Numbered from the stretch's first letter, positions 1 to 9,888 are shown. The stretch: DNA of 64,000 bases from Sphingomonas sp. (GCF_035714405.1 NZ_DASTMA010000009.1:35152-99151), one strand, 5' to 3'. Numbers and translations are program-made. The notes: generated from the letters alone by a model not told the origin.

Positions 1-4
1 CGAA

Positions 5-1735
5 GTGCCCCCGCCTTCGCCGCCGACCGGTGTGCGGATGACGATCTATGCCATCCCCAGCGATCCGCCGGGCGAACGGCGCGTCGCGCCGGGTGGCGGG
101 CGTGTACTGACACCGGTGGTCGAATTCACGCCCGAAGTGGGAGAGAACATCCACGGACCCGCCATCGTGATGCTGTCGAAGGGACCGGGGTCGAATCCGG
201 GCTATGCCGACCAGGCGACGCGCTGGGCGGGCGAGCGCCTCGCAAAGATGGGTTACACGGTTCTCAGTCTGCAGAGCCACGCCGACCGCGGCTTTCCCTT
301 CTTCCCGTTCGAAGAGACCAGCTTCGAGATCGACGCCGCACTCGATGCGCTCGAATTTCGCGGCTATGAGGACTTCATCCTGATCGGCGAGGGCTATGGC
401 GCGGCCCAGGCCGCCTATTACCTGGCCAACGACCCCGATCCGTCGCTCGACAAGGCCGGCGCCCGGCGTGTGCGGGCGGCGGTGATGCTCGATCCGCTGA
501 CCGAGCTGCGCCACTATCCCGGCGTCGGCCTGTCGAACGATTACGACGTGGTGATCGCCCGCGCCCGCGCGGCCTTCGCGCGCGGGCGCAATGGCTACAC
601 CGCCAGCCGATCGGTGGAGGTCGCGGGCGGGCCCGACGCCGGCAACGAAAGCTGGCTCGGCACCGGCTTCTTCGTGGCGCCGGCGGAGGGCATCCTCAAC
701 TGGTGGAGCCCGGAGGCGAGCGCGCGCAATCAGAAGGCCTATCGCGCCAATCCGGTGCCCACGCTGGCGCTGGTGCAACGCGGATTGGCGACGGTCTCGC
801 GGACCTCGCTGGCGGCGATCAAGCGCGACAAGAAGGGCGGCCTCGACCTCGCCGAGCGGGCGCGTGGCGGCGACTACGACGCGGCGGTCGCGCAGGTCGG
901 CGACTGGCTGACGGCGCGAGGCTTGGGTCCCCGCCAGCGGGTGATCGAGCGGCTGGTCGACGTCACTACCAGTGATGGCACGGTGCTCACCGCCGCGCTG
1001 TACATGCCCGAACGAGCCGACCCGACCCGCCCGGCGATGCTGCTGGCGCACGGGCGCAGCGGCGAGCCGATCCAGTCCTCCACCCACTGGATGGGCTGGC
1101 GCTTCGCCCAGCAAGGCTATGTCGTGCTGGCGCCCGCCTTTCGCATCTCGGGCGTGGTCGGCATCTATACCCAGACCCGCAATACCGTCGTCGACGACAT
1201 GCGCGCATGGATGGCGTGGCTCGCGCGGGCCGGTCACACCCGCGTCGTCGCCGCGGGTCATTCCAATGGCGGCATCTGGGTATCCGACTACAAGGCGCTG
1301 ACGCGTGATCCCCGGATCGTGGCGATGGTCTATTTCGCGCCGACGGTGAACGTCGAGACCTGGGCCGAGCGGCAGGCGGACGCCAAGCAGATGGCGCAGA
1401 TGCGCGAGGCCTGCGCCGCCGTGAAGGCAGGCAAGGGCACCGAGAAGATCTACGGCATCATGAGCGCAACGCTGGTGTGCGACAGCCTCAACCAAGGCGC
1501 GGTCTCGCACCCCGAGCGGCTGGCGGAGATCACCGTGCCGGGCCTGTTCATCACCGGCAGCACCGACGCGCTGTTCAAACGCCCTGGCGTGCTCGACCGG
1601 TTGAAGAAGGCTTATGCCGGTCCGCTCCAGTCGATCACGATCGAGGGCGGCACCCATGGCCTGCGCGAGAGCAAGGACAGGCTGGCGACGGACGTGGACG
1701 GCTGGCTGACCAAGACGCTGGCGATCCGGCGGTGA
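5..1735 (+). CDS. Tandem two-domain alpha/beta-hydrolase, probably 5'-truncated by the window edge
   Basis: Frame open from base 2. C-terminal domain has GHSNG nucleophile elbow, TGSTD acid and GGTHG His. N-terminal domain has degenerate GEGYG. Confidence 0.8.
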   Translation: MPPPSPPTGVRMTIYAIPSDPPGERRVAPGGGRVLTPVVEFTPEVGENIHGPAIVMLSKGPGSNPGYADQATRWAGERLAKMGYTVLSLQSHADRGFPFFPFEETSFEIDAALDALEFRGYEDFILIGEGYGAAQAAYYLANDPDPSLDKAGARRVRAAVMLDPLTELRHYPGVGLSNDYDVVIARARAAFARGRNGYTASRSVEVAGGPDAGNESWLGTGFFVAPAEGILNWWSPEASARNQKAYRANPVPTLALVQRGLATVSRTSLAAIKRDKKGGLDLAERARGGDYDAAVAQVGDWLTARGLGPRQRVIERLVDVTTSDGTVLTAALYMPERADPTRPAMLLAHGRSGEPIQSSTHWMGWRFAQQGYVVLAPAFRISGVVGIYTQTRNTVVDDMRAWMAWLARAGHTRVVAAGHSNGGIWVSDYKALTRDPRIVAMVYFAPTVNVETWAERQADAKQMAQMREACAAVKAGKGTEKIYGIMSATLVCDSLNQGAVSHPERLAEITVPGLFITGSTDALFKRPGVLDRLKKAYAGPLQSITIEGGTHGLRESKDRLATDVDGWLTKTLAIRR

Positions 1736-2553
1736 ACGACGAGCGGCGGATCCTGCTGCGCGCGATCGCCGGGCTTGGCGCCGGCGCGATCGCCGCGCCG
1801 CTTGCGGCGGGGACCGGCGTAGCCGCCGATCGCCCCGCGCCGGCTCCCGGCCCGCGCGAGGCGCGCCTACTCTGGGCGCGACTGGTCGGCGACCTCACCG
1901 GCAAGCCCGTGTTCTTCTTCACGCAGGGCAGCGTGTGGGGGTTCAAGCCGCAGGCCGACCACCTCACCACCGCGGAGTTCGCGAAGCGGATCTACGGCTA
2001 TTCCGGACTGGCGGCGCGGCGGATCGTGCCCACGGGCGACGGCTGGACGCTACATGCGGCTTATTGGGCCTTTTACCGCGACCCGGTCACCGACGCGATC
2101 ACGGATCGCATTCCCAACCCGTATACGGGCCGGATCGACACCGCGAAGCCGCTGTCGGGCACACCCGCACCCAAGCCGCTCGACCTCCGCCCGGTGCCGG
2201 GCACCGCGACCCGCGTGCGGCGGCTGGGGACGAGCGCCATCGTCGAGACGAGCACGATCAGCCGCTTCCGCTCGCCCGACATCAGCTGGCACAAGCTGGA
2301 GGCGAACCTGGAAGACTATGTTTGCCGCGCCGCGGAGCTGGACGCCGGCGCCCCGCATCTTCCCAGCCACTACAGCCAGAGCTTGGTCGCGGAGTGGCAG
2401 ACCTGGACGGGCATGCACGGCACACCCGGCCACATCTTGTTCAAGGGCAATGGCGAACCGCTCGGCGGCCTGGACTCGGTGCCCCGAGATCAGATTGCCG
2501 CAATCGAGCGGTTCTTTCCGGGAACGCTGGGGACGGTACGGGCATGGCGATGA
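1732..2553 (+). CDS. DUF1838-like protein with Tat-like signal peptide
   Basis: GTG overlaps upstream TGA. ERRILL followed by a hydrophobic stretch. FYRDPVT..NPYTG and WTGMHGTPGHILFKG resemble DUF1838. Confidence 0.7.
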   Translation: MNDERRILLRAIAGLGAGAIAAPLAAGTGVAADRPAPAPGPREARLLWARLVGDLTGKPVFFFTQGSVWGFKPQADHLTTAEFAKRIYGYSGLAARRIVPTGDGWTLHAAYWAFYRDPVTDAITDRIPNPYTGRIDTAKPLSGTPAPKPLDLRPVPGTATRVRRLGTSAIVETSTISRFRSPDISWHKLEANLEDYVCRAAELDAGAPHLPSHYSQSLVAEWQTWTGMHGTPGHILFKGNGEPLGGLDSVPRDQIAAIERFFPGTLGTVRAWR

Positions 2554-3440
2554 CGAGCGCGGCGATGGACCTGTTTATCTCGGGCCCGAATGGCTGTCTG
2601 GCAGTGCGGACGAAAGGGCTCGCCCCCAACTGCGCGGGCGTCGTGCTGCTGGTCCACGCGTCGAACATCACCGGCCAGCTCGCGTTCGATTTCAGCTTTC
2701 CCGGCGGCCAGGACTATTCGACGATGGACCCGCTGGTCGCGGCAGGGTTCGGCGCGGTGACCTTTTCGCTGAGCGGCTACGGCCTGTCCGATCCGCCGCC
2801 CGACCCGCTCGCCTATGACACCGAAGCCGCGATCCGCGATCTGGAAGCGGTGGCGACGTGGCTGGAGGCACAGGGCTGGCCGCGCTTTCACCTGCTCGGC
2901 TGGTCTTGGGGCGGGCGCATCGTCGGCCACTATGCAAGCCGCAATCCCGATCGTGTCGAGCGGCTCATCCTCATGGACCCGGCGCTCGGCGGCAACGCGC
3001 CCGTGCCGCCCGTGCCCACCGCCGGCGAGGAGTGGTGGACGAACCGCACCGTCGACTATCTGAAGCGGCTAGAGCCGGAATATACCGATCCCGATGGGCA
3101 TCAGGCCTTCGCAGACGCCGTGGAGCGAGAGAGTCCGCGCGCGCCCAACGGCATCCGTGTCGAGAACGCGCTCGGCCGGACGGTTGCGGTGGAGCCGGCG
3201 GCGCTGACCATGCCGGTGCTGCTGATCTATGGGCATGCCGCCGCGCGGGCGCCGTATATGCGCGGCAAGTACACGCGGCAGGATTTTTTCGAGCTGCTCG
3301 CCACCGAGGACAAGCGGTTCGTGATCGTTCCGCGCAGCAGCGACTACGGCCACCTGCAGGGCACCCGCCGACTGTTCCACCGCGCGATCGTGGAGTTTCT
3401 GACGCTTTCGCCGTCACCCTCGCCCTCAGCCCTTGGATGA
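2550..3440 (+). CDS. Alpha/beta-hydrolase
   Basis: ATGA overlap with upstream gene; GWSWGG elbow; C-terminal DYGHLQ. Confidence 0.85.
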   Translation: MTSAAMDLFISGPNGCLAVRTKGLAPNCAGVVLLVHASNITGQLAFDFSFPGGQDYSTMDPLVAAGFGAVTFSLSGYGLSDPPPDPLAYDTEAAIRDLEAVATWLEAQGWPRFHLLGWSWGGRIVGHYASRNPDRVERLILMDPALGGNAPVPPVPTAGEEWWTNRTVDYLKRLEPEYTDPDGHQAFADAVERESPRAPNGIRVENALGRTVAVEPAALTMPVLLIYGHAAARAPYMRGKYTRQDFFELLATEDKRFVIVPRSSDYGHLQGTRRLFHRAIVEFLTLSPSPSPSALG

Positions 3441-3465
3441 AACTGAGCAAAGTGGAAGTGGCCGC

Positions 3466-4578
3466 TTACTCCCGAATGGCTCCGATGAAGCTGGCAGGCG
3501 GCAAGTGGCCTTTCAGATAGACCGGCTCCTTCTGGCCGCGGAACAGCTTGTCCTGCTGGAAGCCGGCCGCGATCAGCTCCGCGTCCATGTCCATGCGCCG
3601 CATGCCGACTGCGAACGGCTCGTTCGCGTTCTCGTTGAACCAGTTGCTCATCACGCTGTCGATCGGCGTCACCGGCGGCGGATAACCGCCGTCGTGAAGG
3701 CAGATGCCACCCGGTGCGAGCACGCGATGGCACTCGGCGAACATGCCGCGGATATGGGGCGCCGGCATTTCATGGGTCACCAGCAGCGAACAGACCACGT
3801 CGAAATAGCCGTCCTCGAAGTCGAGGCTCGCGGCATCCTGTTGGCTGAAATGGACCTCATAGCCGAGCGACTCGGCCCGGCGGTGGGCGTAGCGCACCTG
3901 CGGCGCGCCGACATCGACCCCATGCACTTCGGCGTCGGGGTATGCGTCCTTCCACGGCAGCGTGGTGAAGCCCGGCCCGCAGCCGAGGTCGAGGATGCGG
4001 CGGGGACGCAGCGCGGGGAATTTCTCCTGCACGAAGGCCGCCGTGGTTGCGCCCAGGCCCTGGTTCTGGTCGCCCAATCCCCCGAACGCGAAAACATAGA
4101 CGCCACGGTCGTACAGCGCGCCCGCGTAAACGTCGTCCTCCCTAATCTCGGTGTGGAAATTACCCGGCATGGCGTGGATGTCGACCGCGTCGATATAGCG
4201 CGGGATCGCGAGATCGGGATTGGTCCGCACCGTGCCTTGGTCGGTCGGGCGCGGTCTCGCCTCCTCGATCAAAGAATCGAGCTGGCGCTCGATCGACTCG
4301 CCGACATTGTCCCAGATCAGCTCCTGCGCGGCGCGGCCGACCAGGTTGCCGGCGCGGAAGTAGAAGGTGTCGTTGAGCGCGTCATACGCCTCGCGCGGCG
4401 TCTCCGGATCGCGCCCGTGCCGCGCGCGAAAGGCGGGCGCCGCCTTTTCCTCATAGAGTTTGCGGGTGCCCGGCCAGATGTCGGTCGTGAACCGCTTGCG
4501 CAGCGTCGCCACGAACTCCTGACGGGCATATTCGTCATGCGTCGCCTGCGGAAGGATGGCGTGCGGTTGTTGAAACAT
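3466..4578 (-). CDS. Class I SAM-dependent methyltransferase with long N-terminal extension
   Basis: ILDLGCGPG motif I, GVDVG motif II, FDVVCSLLVTHE. Start MFQQPH follows a GAGGAG RBS. Confidence 0.85.
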   Translation of the reverse strand: MFQQPHAILPQATHDEYARQEFVATLRKRFTTDIWPGTRKLYEEKAAPAFRARHGRDPETPREAYDALNDTFYFRAGNLVGRAAQELIWDNVGESIERQLDSLIEEARPRPTDQGTVRTNPDLAIPRYIDAVDIHAMPGNFHTEIREDDVYAGALYDRGVYVFAFGGLGDQNQGLGATTAAFVQEKFPALRPRRILDLGCGPGFTTLPWKDAYPDAEVHGVDVGAPQVRYAHRRAESLGYEVHFSQQDAASLDFEDGYFDVVCSLLVTHEMPAPHIRGMFAECHRVLAPGGICLHDGGYPPPVTPIDSVMSNWFNENANEPFAVGMRRMDMDAELIAAGFQQDKLFRGQKEPVYLKGHLPPASFIGAIRE

Positions 4579-4594
4579 GGGTCGCTCCTCTCGT

Positions 4595-4930
4595 TCAGCC
4601 GGCCGTCGGCGCGGGGGTCGCGTCGCGCTCTTCGTACAAGACCCGCAGCACCCGATCCAGCATCGCGTCGCGTCGCCGGTCGCGCGCCTCTCGGCGGTCG
4701 GGATCGAGGACATAACGCTCGACCGCGTCGGTGGTCGCAACCTGTCCGACTTCTGCCAGCGCCTCGTGCGTGTCGAGCCGGTCGCGTAGCGCCGACACCT
4801 CCGCCATCAGCCCGACGAGCATGATCGTCACCCGGTCGAGGTCCGGATTATCGAGATAGACCGGGCGCTCCTGGCCGCGCGCCTTGCGCGGTCGTGGTCG
4901 CACCATCACCGTGTCCGCAGCGTCGGCCAT
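4595..4930 (-). CDS. Small hypothetical protein co-oriented upstream of the methyltransferase
   Basis: Helical ORF (DRVTIMLVGLMAEVSALRDRLDTHEAL), 16 nt gap to the methyltransferase; start could be 4942. Confidence 0.7.
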   Translation of the reverse strand: MADAADTVMVRPRPRKARGQERPVYLDNPDLDRVTIMLVGLMAEVSALRDRLDTHEALAEVGQVATTDAVERYVLDPDRREARDRRRDAMLDRVLRVLYEERDATPAPTAG

Positions 4931-5122
4931 CGCCGCAATCATCCTCGCAACTGTTTGCTGCTTATACCCTGAGCGCTGAAGGTTGCAGCCCGAAGTCGCA
5001 CGGCGCTACGCAACCGAAGAGCGGTGGCGGCCCCGCCCACGCTTCGGTTGAGCTCGCCCGGTCGCCTATCGCCAGACCGGCGACGCTGGCATGGTCGGCG
5101 CTTGCCCAGGCTGGAGAGCGCC

Positions 5123-6724
5123 ATGACGGATACCGCCAGCAACACGGGTAGCGAAAACGGCATCGGCGCGCGCATCGCGCAGCTCGTCGGCGCGGATCGG
5201 GTCAAGGATGGACTTGCCGAGCGCACCTTCTTCTCGACCGACCTGGCGAAGCGCGGCGAGACCGCCGACGCGGTGGTTCGTGTCACGTCCACGGAAGACC
5301 TGTCGCGGCTTCTCGCCCTGTGCTCGCGCGAAGGGCTGGTCGCCATCCCGCGCGGCGGCGGGTTCTCCTATACCGGCGGCTATACGCCGCCGCCCGGCCG
5401 CAGCGTCATCGTCGACATGCGCGGCCTCGACGAGATCATCGAGATCAACGAGACCGACCTCTATGTCCGCGTCGGCGCCGGCTGCACATGGCATCGGCTC
5501 TATGAGGCGCTCAAGGCAAAAGGCCTGCGCACGCCCTATTACGGGCCGATGTCGGGCTATAACGCGACGGTCGGCGGTGCATTGTCGCAAGGCTCGCTGT
5601 TTCTCGGCTCGACCGAATACGGCACCACCGCGGACTCCGTCCTCAGCCTGGAGGTCGTGCTCGCCAATGGCGACGTCATCCACACCGGCTCCGACAGCGC
5701 GCCCGGCACCCAGCCCTTCTTTCGCAATTACGGCCCCGATCTCACCGGGTTGTTCCTTGGCGACACCGGCGCCCTGGGCTTCAAGACCGTCGCCACGCTG
5801 AAGCTTATCCGCTTTCCGGAGCATCAGGCGTTCGGTAGCTTCGCCTTCGATCGCGGGCCGGACGCGATGGCTGCGCTGTCGGAGATCGGCCGCGCCGGGC
5901 TCGCCGCCGAAGCCTATTGCTGGGATCCCTACTTCGTCAACGCGATGTCGCAGGCGTCGACCGGGCTCCAGCAGGATTTGAGCTTCCTGTGGGCGGTGGT
6001 GCGTAACGGCGCTGGTCTTCGCGACGGGTTGTCGGCCGGCGCTAGGATCGCGCTCGCGGGCAAGTCGGTCTTCCGCAAGGGCAGCCACATCATCCAGATG
6101 ACGATCGACGACCATAGCCGCGCCGGCGCCGCCGCGCGGTTGCGGAAGGCGCGCACGATCGCGCTGGCGCACGGTGCCAAGGAGCTTGCGCCTTCGGTCC
6201 CGATGGCGCTGCGGGCGACGCCGTTCACGAACTTCAACGTGCCCGAGCGGCGGACGACGCTGCGCAACCTGCCCACGAACAGCCTGTACCCGCACAGCCG
6301 CGCCCCCGCCGCGCTGGCCGCCATCCAGGCGCTGTTCGAAAGCGAGCGCGCCGAGATCGAGCGGCACGAGATGCAGATCGGCACGATCCTGTTCGCCGTC
6401 GGCCGCAGCGCGATGACGATCGAGCCGCTGTTCTATTGGCACGATCCCCAGCATTTCCATCACAACCGCATCGACCAGCGGAGCGACCTTGAAGGTCTCG
6501 GCGAACAGCACGACCCACCGCCCGCAACGGTTTACGCACTGGAGCTGCGCGAGAAGCTGAAGCGCGTCATGGAGGCGCATGGCGCGGTCCATGTCCAGAT
6601 CGGGCGGTCGTATAATTACCTGACCACGCGCGAGCCCCGCGTCGCCGCCTTGCTCGCCGGCATCAAGGCGTCGGTCGACCCCGACAACCTCGTCAACCCC
6701 GGCTCGCTGGGGCTGGCGCGATGA
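5123..6724 (+). CDS. FAD-binding oxidoreductase (VAO/PCMH, D-lactate dehydrogenase-like fold)
   Basis: PRGGGFSYTGG, VGAGCTW, ATVGG FAD-binding motifs; C-terminal DPDNLVNPG. Confidence 0.9.
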   Translation: MTDTASNTGSENGIGARIAQLVGADRVKDGLAERTFFSTDLAKRGETADAVVRVTSTEDLSRLLALCSREGLVAIPRGGGFSYTGGYTPPPGRSVIVDMRGLDEIIEINETDLYVRVGAGCTWHRLYEALKAKGLRTPYYGPMSGYNATVGGALSQGSLFLGSTEYGTTADSVLSLEVVLANGDVIHTGSDSAPGTQPFFRNYGPDLTGLFLGDTGALGFKTVATLKLIRFPEHQAFGSFAFDRGPDAMAALSEIGRAGLAAEAYCWDPYFVNAMSQASTGLQQDLSFLWAVVRNGAGLRDGLSAGARIALAGKSVFRKGSHIIQMTIDDHSRAGAAARLRKARTIALAHGAKELAPSVPMALRATPFTNFNVPERRTTLRNLPTNSLYPHSRAPAALAAIQALFESERAEIERHEMQIGTILFAVGRSAMTIEPLFYWHDPQHFHHNRIDQRSDLEGLGEQHDPPPATVYALELREKLKRVMEAHGAVHVQIGRSYNYLTTREPRVAALLAGIKASVDPDNLVNPGSLGLAR

Positions 6725-7578
6725 ACAGAGAAGACCTGGTGATACCGGGCCCGGCCGGGCGGCTGGCGGTCCGGGTCAAGCGCCCGGCGAGCACGCCGCG
6801 CGGCGCGGTGGTGCTGGTCCAGGGGGCCAACATCACCGGCCAGCTCGGCTATGACCTGCAGGTGCCGGGGCATCCCGACTACAGCTTCCTGGATGCACTG
6901 GTTGCCGGCGGCTATACTGCTGTCACCTTCTCGATCCGGGGTTATGGCCGATCGCAGCTGGCGGGCGATCCTCATGCGGTGCAGACCGACGCGGCGATCG
7001 AGGACCTGGCCGCGGTGATCGACTGGCTCGCGGGTCAGGGCATGGTCCGTCCCCACCTGATCGGCTGGTCCTGGGGCGGGCGTATCGCCGGCCGCTATGT
7101 CGAGCAGGCCGCCGATCGGATCGACCGGCTGGTGCTGCTCGACCCGGCGCTCGGCGGCGGCCAGCGCATTCCTTTCCCCGGTAAGGAACAGTGGTGGCTG
7201 AACAGCTATGATTACTTCTACAACCGGCTGGAGCCGGAATTCACCCACGAGGATGTGCGGATCGCGGTCGCCAATCAGGCCTCGATGAGCGAGCTGAAAG
7301 CCCCGAACGGCATCCGGGTCGAGAACGAAAACGGAAGCATCCCCGTGAGGGCAGAAGCCATCACCCGGCCGACGCTGATGCTTTACGGCGAGGCCGCCGG
7401 CGCGCAGGCCTATATGCACGGTGCCGCCGATCGCGACCAGTTTCTGGAACGGATCGCCAACGCCGACAAGGCGCTGGTGATCGTACCCGGCGGCGGCGAC
7501 TATGCGCACCTGCAGAACCCGCGCCGGGCGATCCATCGCATCGTCATCGACTTTCTCGGCTGGGGAGCAGCGGCGTGA
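6721..7578 (+). CDS. Alpha/beta-hydrolase, paralogue of 2550-3440
   Basis: ATGA overlap; GWSWGG; DPALGG, APNGIRVEN and DYAHLQ shared with the paralogue. Confidence 0.85.
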   Translation: MNREDLVIPGPAGRLAVRVKRPASTPRGAVVLVQGANITGQLGYDLQVPGHPDYSFLDALVAGGYTAVTFSIRGYGRSQLAGDPHAVQTDAAIEDLAAVIDWLAGQGMVRPHLIGWSWGGRIAGRYVEQAADRIDRLVLLDPALGGGQRIPFPGKEQWWLNSYDYFYNRLEPEFTHEDVRIAVANQASMSELKAPNGIRVENENGSIPVRAEAITRPTLMLYGEAAGAQAYMHGAADRDQFLERIANADKALVIVPGGGDYAHLQNPRRAIHRIVIDFLGWGAAA

Positions 7579-8354
7579 ACCACCACATCGACCCGCTCGA
7601 CGCCTATCGCCGCATGTTGGTGGGCGCCGAAGAGGGAGCGGAGAGCGCCTGGTGGTATCTCGGCACGACTATCGCCAGCCCGGAGGGCTTCGAGGACATC
7701 ATCGTCAACCATGTGGAGACGGTGATGGTCTACCGCGCGCAGGAATTGGGCGAGGGCGCATTTCGGGTTCCCTGGTGGGAGATCGGCCTGTTTCGCGACG
7801 CGATCACGGGCGAAGTGGCGAGCGACTGGACCAACCCGTTGACCGGCACTCCGCTCAAAGCCGCGCGCCAGTTCGAGGAAGGGCCGTCTGGCTACTCGCT
7901 ACGTCGTGGGGGGGATGGTGGGATCGAGATGTTCGATGCCGTGCAGGCCTTTGCGGTGCTCGATAGTGCGACGGTTGGGGCGCGGCGGGTGGGGGACAAG
8001 CTGTGCGTCACCCAAACGGAACTCAAGACCCGCTCCTTTCCCGGCCCCGATGGCCGCATCCCCGACATCACCGAGGGCAAAGCGGTCCGCTCGCGCACCG
8101 TGCTCCAGTTCCTCGCCGACGTCAGCGATCTCGCGTCGGGCGCGCCATCGGTGCCGGCGAGCGGCATGTACAGCTTCGAACTGGCGGTCCCGGCGTGGCT
8201 CGGCTTCGGCGCCATGCCCGTCCAGTTCGCGGTGCGCGGCCTGATGCACAAGGCGGCGATGCAGGACCCGCTCAATCCGCGCGGCTGGGCCGACCTGCAG
8301 CTCTTGTACCCGCAGTATTTTGCGGACGGTCGCCTGCAGCCGCAATGGGGTTAG
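7575..8354 (+). CDS. DUF1838-like protein without signal peptide
   Basis: GTGA overlap; WWYLG, LFRDAITGE..WTNPLTG, C-terminal LYPQYF. Confidence 0.7.
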   Translation: MNHHIDPLDAYRRMLVGAEEGAESAWWYLGTTIASPEGFEDIIVNHVETVMVYRAQELGEGAFRVPWWEIGLFRDAITGEVASDWTNPLTGTPLKAARQFEEGPSGYSLRRGGDGGIEMFDAVQAFAVLDSATVGARRVGDKLCVTQTELKTRSFPGPDGRIPDITEGKAVRSRTVLQFLADVSDLASGAPSVPASGMYSFELAVPAWLGFGAMPVQFAVRGLMHKAAMQDPLNPRGWADLQLLYPQYFADGRLQPQWG

Positions 8355-8439
8355 GCGCGCGCTGATCGGCTGGTTGAACCGCTGCGCTCGCGTCCAGATA
8401 TCGTGCAGCTGATCACGCGACAAGAAAGACGAATTTGCC

Positions 8440-9888
8440 ATGACCACCTTGCTCGACGTCGTGACCCTGAAGCGCGAAGCGTGCCTGATCGACGGAGACT
8501 GGGTGACGGGCGAGGCCTGGATCGACGTCGACGATCCCAGCAGCGGCGCGGTGGTGGGCCGGGTGCCGCGGCTGGGCCGGGCCGAGACCGAGCGGGCGAT
8601 CGCGGCGGCGGCGCGCGCCATGGTGCCCTGGGCCGCGCGCACCGCGCGCGAGCGCGCGCTCGTGCTGCGGCGCTACTTCGACCTGATCATGGCGCATCAG
8701 GAGTCGCTGGCGGCGATCCTTACGCAGGAGCAGGGCAAGCCGCTGGCCGAGGCGCGCGGCGAGATCGCCTATGCCGCGAGCTTCATCGAATGGTTCGCGG
8801 AGGAAGCCAAACGTGTCTATGGCGACGTCATCCCCGCTCACGCAGTCGACAAGCGCATCGTCGTTCTGAAACAGCCGATCGGGGTCGTCGCCGCGATCAC
8901 GCCCTGGAACTTCCCGGCGGCGATGATCACCCGCAAGATCGCTCCCGCGCTCGCCGCCGGCTGCGGCGTGGTGGTCAAGCCCGCCACCCAGACGCCGTTC
9001 ACCGCGCTGGCGCTGGGTGTCCTGGCGCAGCAGGCCGGACTGCCCGACGGGTTGCTCAATATCGTCACCGGCAGCTCGACGGAGATCGGCGCGGCGCTGA
9101 CGGAGAGCGCGGTGGTGCGCAAGCTCAGCTTCACCGGATCGACCGAGGTCGGCGCGAAGCTGTTCGCCCAATGCGCGCCGACGATCAAGAAGCTCAGCCT
9201 GGAACTCGGCGGCAACGCGCCGTTCATCGTCTTCGACGACGCCGATCTCGACGCGGCGGTGGCGGGCGCGGTGCAATCGAAGTTCCGCAACGCCGGGCAG
9301 ACCTGCGTCTGCGCCAACCGGCTGTATGTCCAGTCGGGCATCCACGACGCCTTTGTCGAAAAGTTCGCCGCCGCGGTCGACGCGTTGCGGATTGGCGCGG
9401 GGGCAGCGGAGAATGTCGACATCGGTCCCGTCATCGACGAGGCCGCCGTCCGCAAGGTGGAAGCCCACATCGCCGACGCGACCGCCAAGGGCGCGCAAGT
9501 GATCCTCGGCGGGCAGCGTCACCCGCTCGGGAAACGCTTCTTCCAGCCCACCGTGCTGACCGGCGTCACCCGCGAGATGATCGTGACGGAGGAGGAGACG
9601 TTCGGTCCCCTGGCGCCGATCATCCGCTTCGAGGACGAGAGCGACGTCATCACGGCCGCTAACGACAGCCCCTTCGGTCTCGCCGCGTATTTCTATGCGC
9701 GCGACATCGGCCGAATCTGGCGCGTGGGCGAGGCGCTCGAGGCGGGCATCGTCGGCGTGAACACCGGCCTCATCTCGACCGAAGTCGCCCCGTTCGGCGG
9801 CGTCAAGGCCTCCGGGCTCGGCCGCGAAGGCTCGCGCTACGGCATCGAAGATTATCTGGAGATCAAATACCTTTGCCTCGGCCTATGA
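8440..9888 (+). CDS. gabD: NAD(P)-dependent succinate-semialdehyde dehydrogenase
   Basis: ITPWNFP, SFTGSTEVG, LELGGNAP, catalytic GQTCVC, EETFGP, FGGVKASG. Confidence 0.9.
   Translation: MTTLLDVVTLKREACLIDGDWVTGEAWIDVDDPSSGAVVGRVPRLGRAETERAIAAAARAMVPWAARTARERALVLRRYFDLIMAHQESLAAILTQEQGKPLAEARGEIAYAASFIEWFAEEAKRVYGDVIPAHAVDKRIVVLKQPIGVVAAITPWNFPAAMITRKIAPALAAGCGVVVKPATQTPFTALALGVLAQQAGLPDGLLNIVTGSSTEIGAALTESAVVRKLSFTGSTEVGAKLFAQCAPTIKKLSLELGGNAPFIVFDDADLDAAVAGAVQSKFRNAGQTCVCANRLYVQSGIHDAFVEKFAAAVDALRIGAGAAENVDIGPVIDEAAVRKVEAHIADATAKGAQVILGGQRHPLGKRFFQPTVLTGVTREMIVTEEETFGPLAPIIRFEDESDVITAANDSPFGLAAYFYARDIGRIWRVGEALEAGIVGVNTGLISTEVAPFGGVKASGLGREGSRYGIEDYLEIKYLCLGL

Noticed and set aside
5011-5050. 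Hairpin CAACCGAAG..CTTCGGTTG in the divergent promoter region
   Set aside because: Single imperfect stem with no U tract, no second copy seen and no recognisable riboswitch motif.
5096-5105. TGG..TTGC as part of a sigma-54 promoter before the FAD oxidoreductase
   Set aside because: GG-to-GC spacing is 9 or 14 nt rather than 10.
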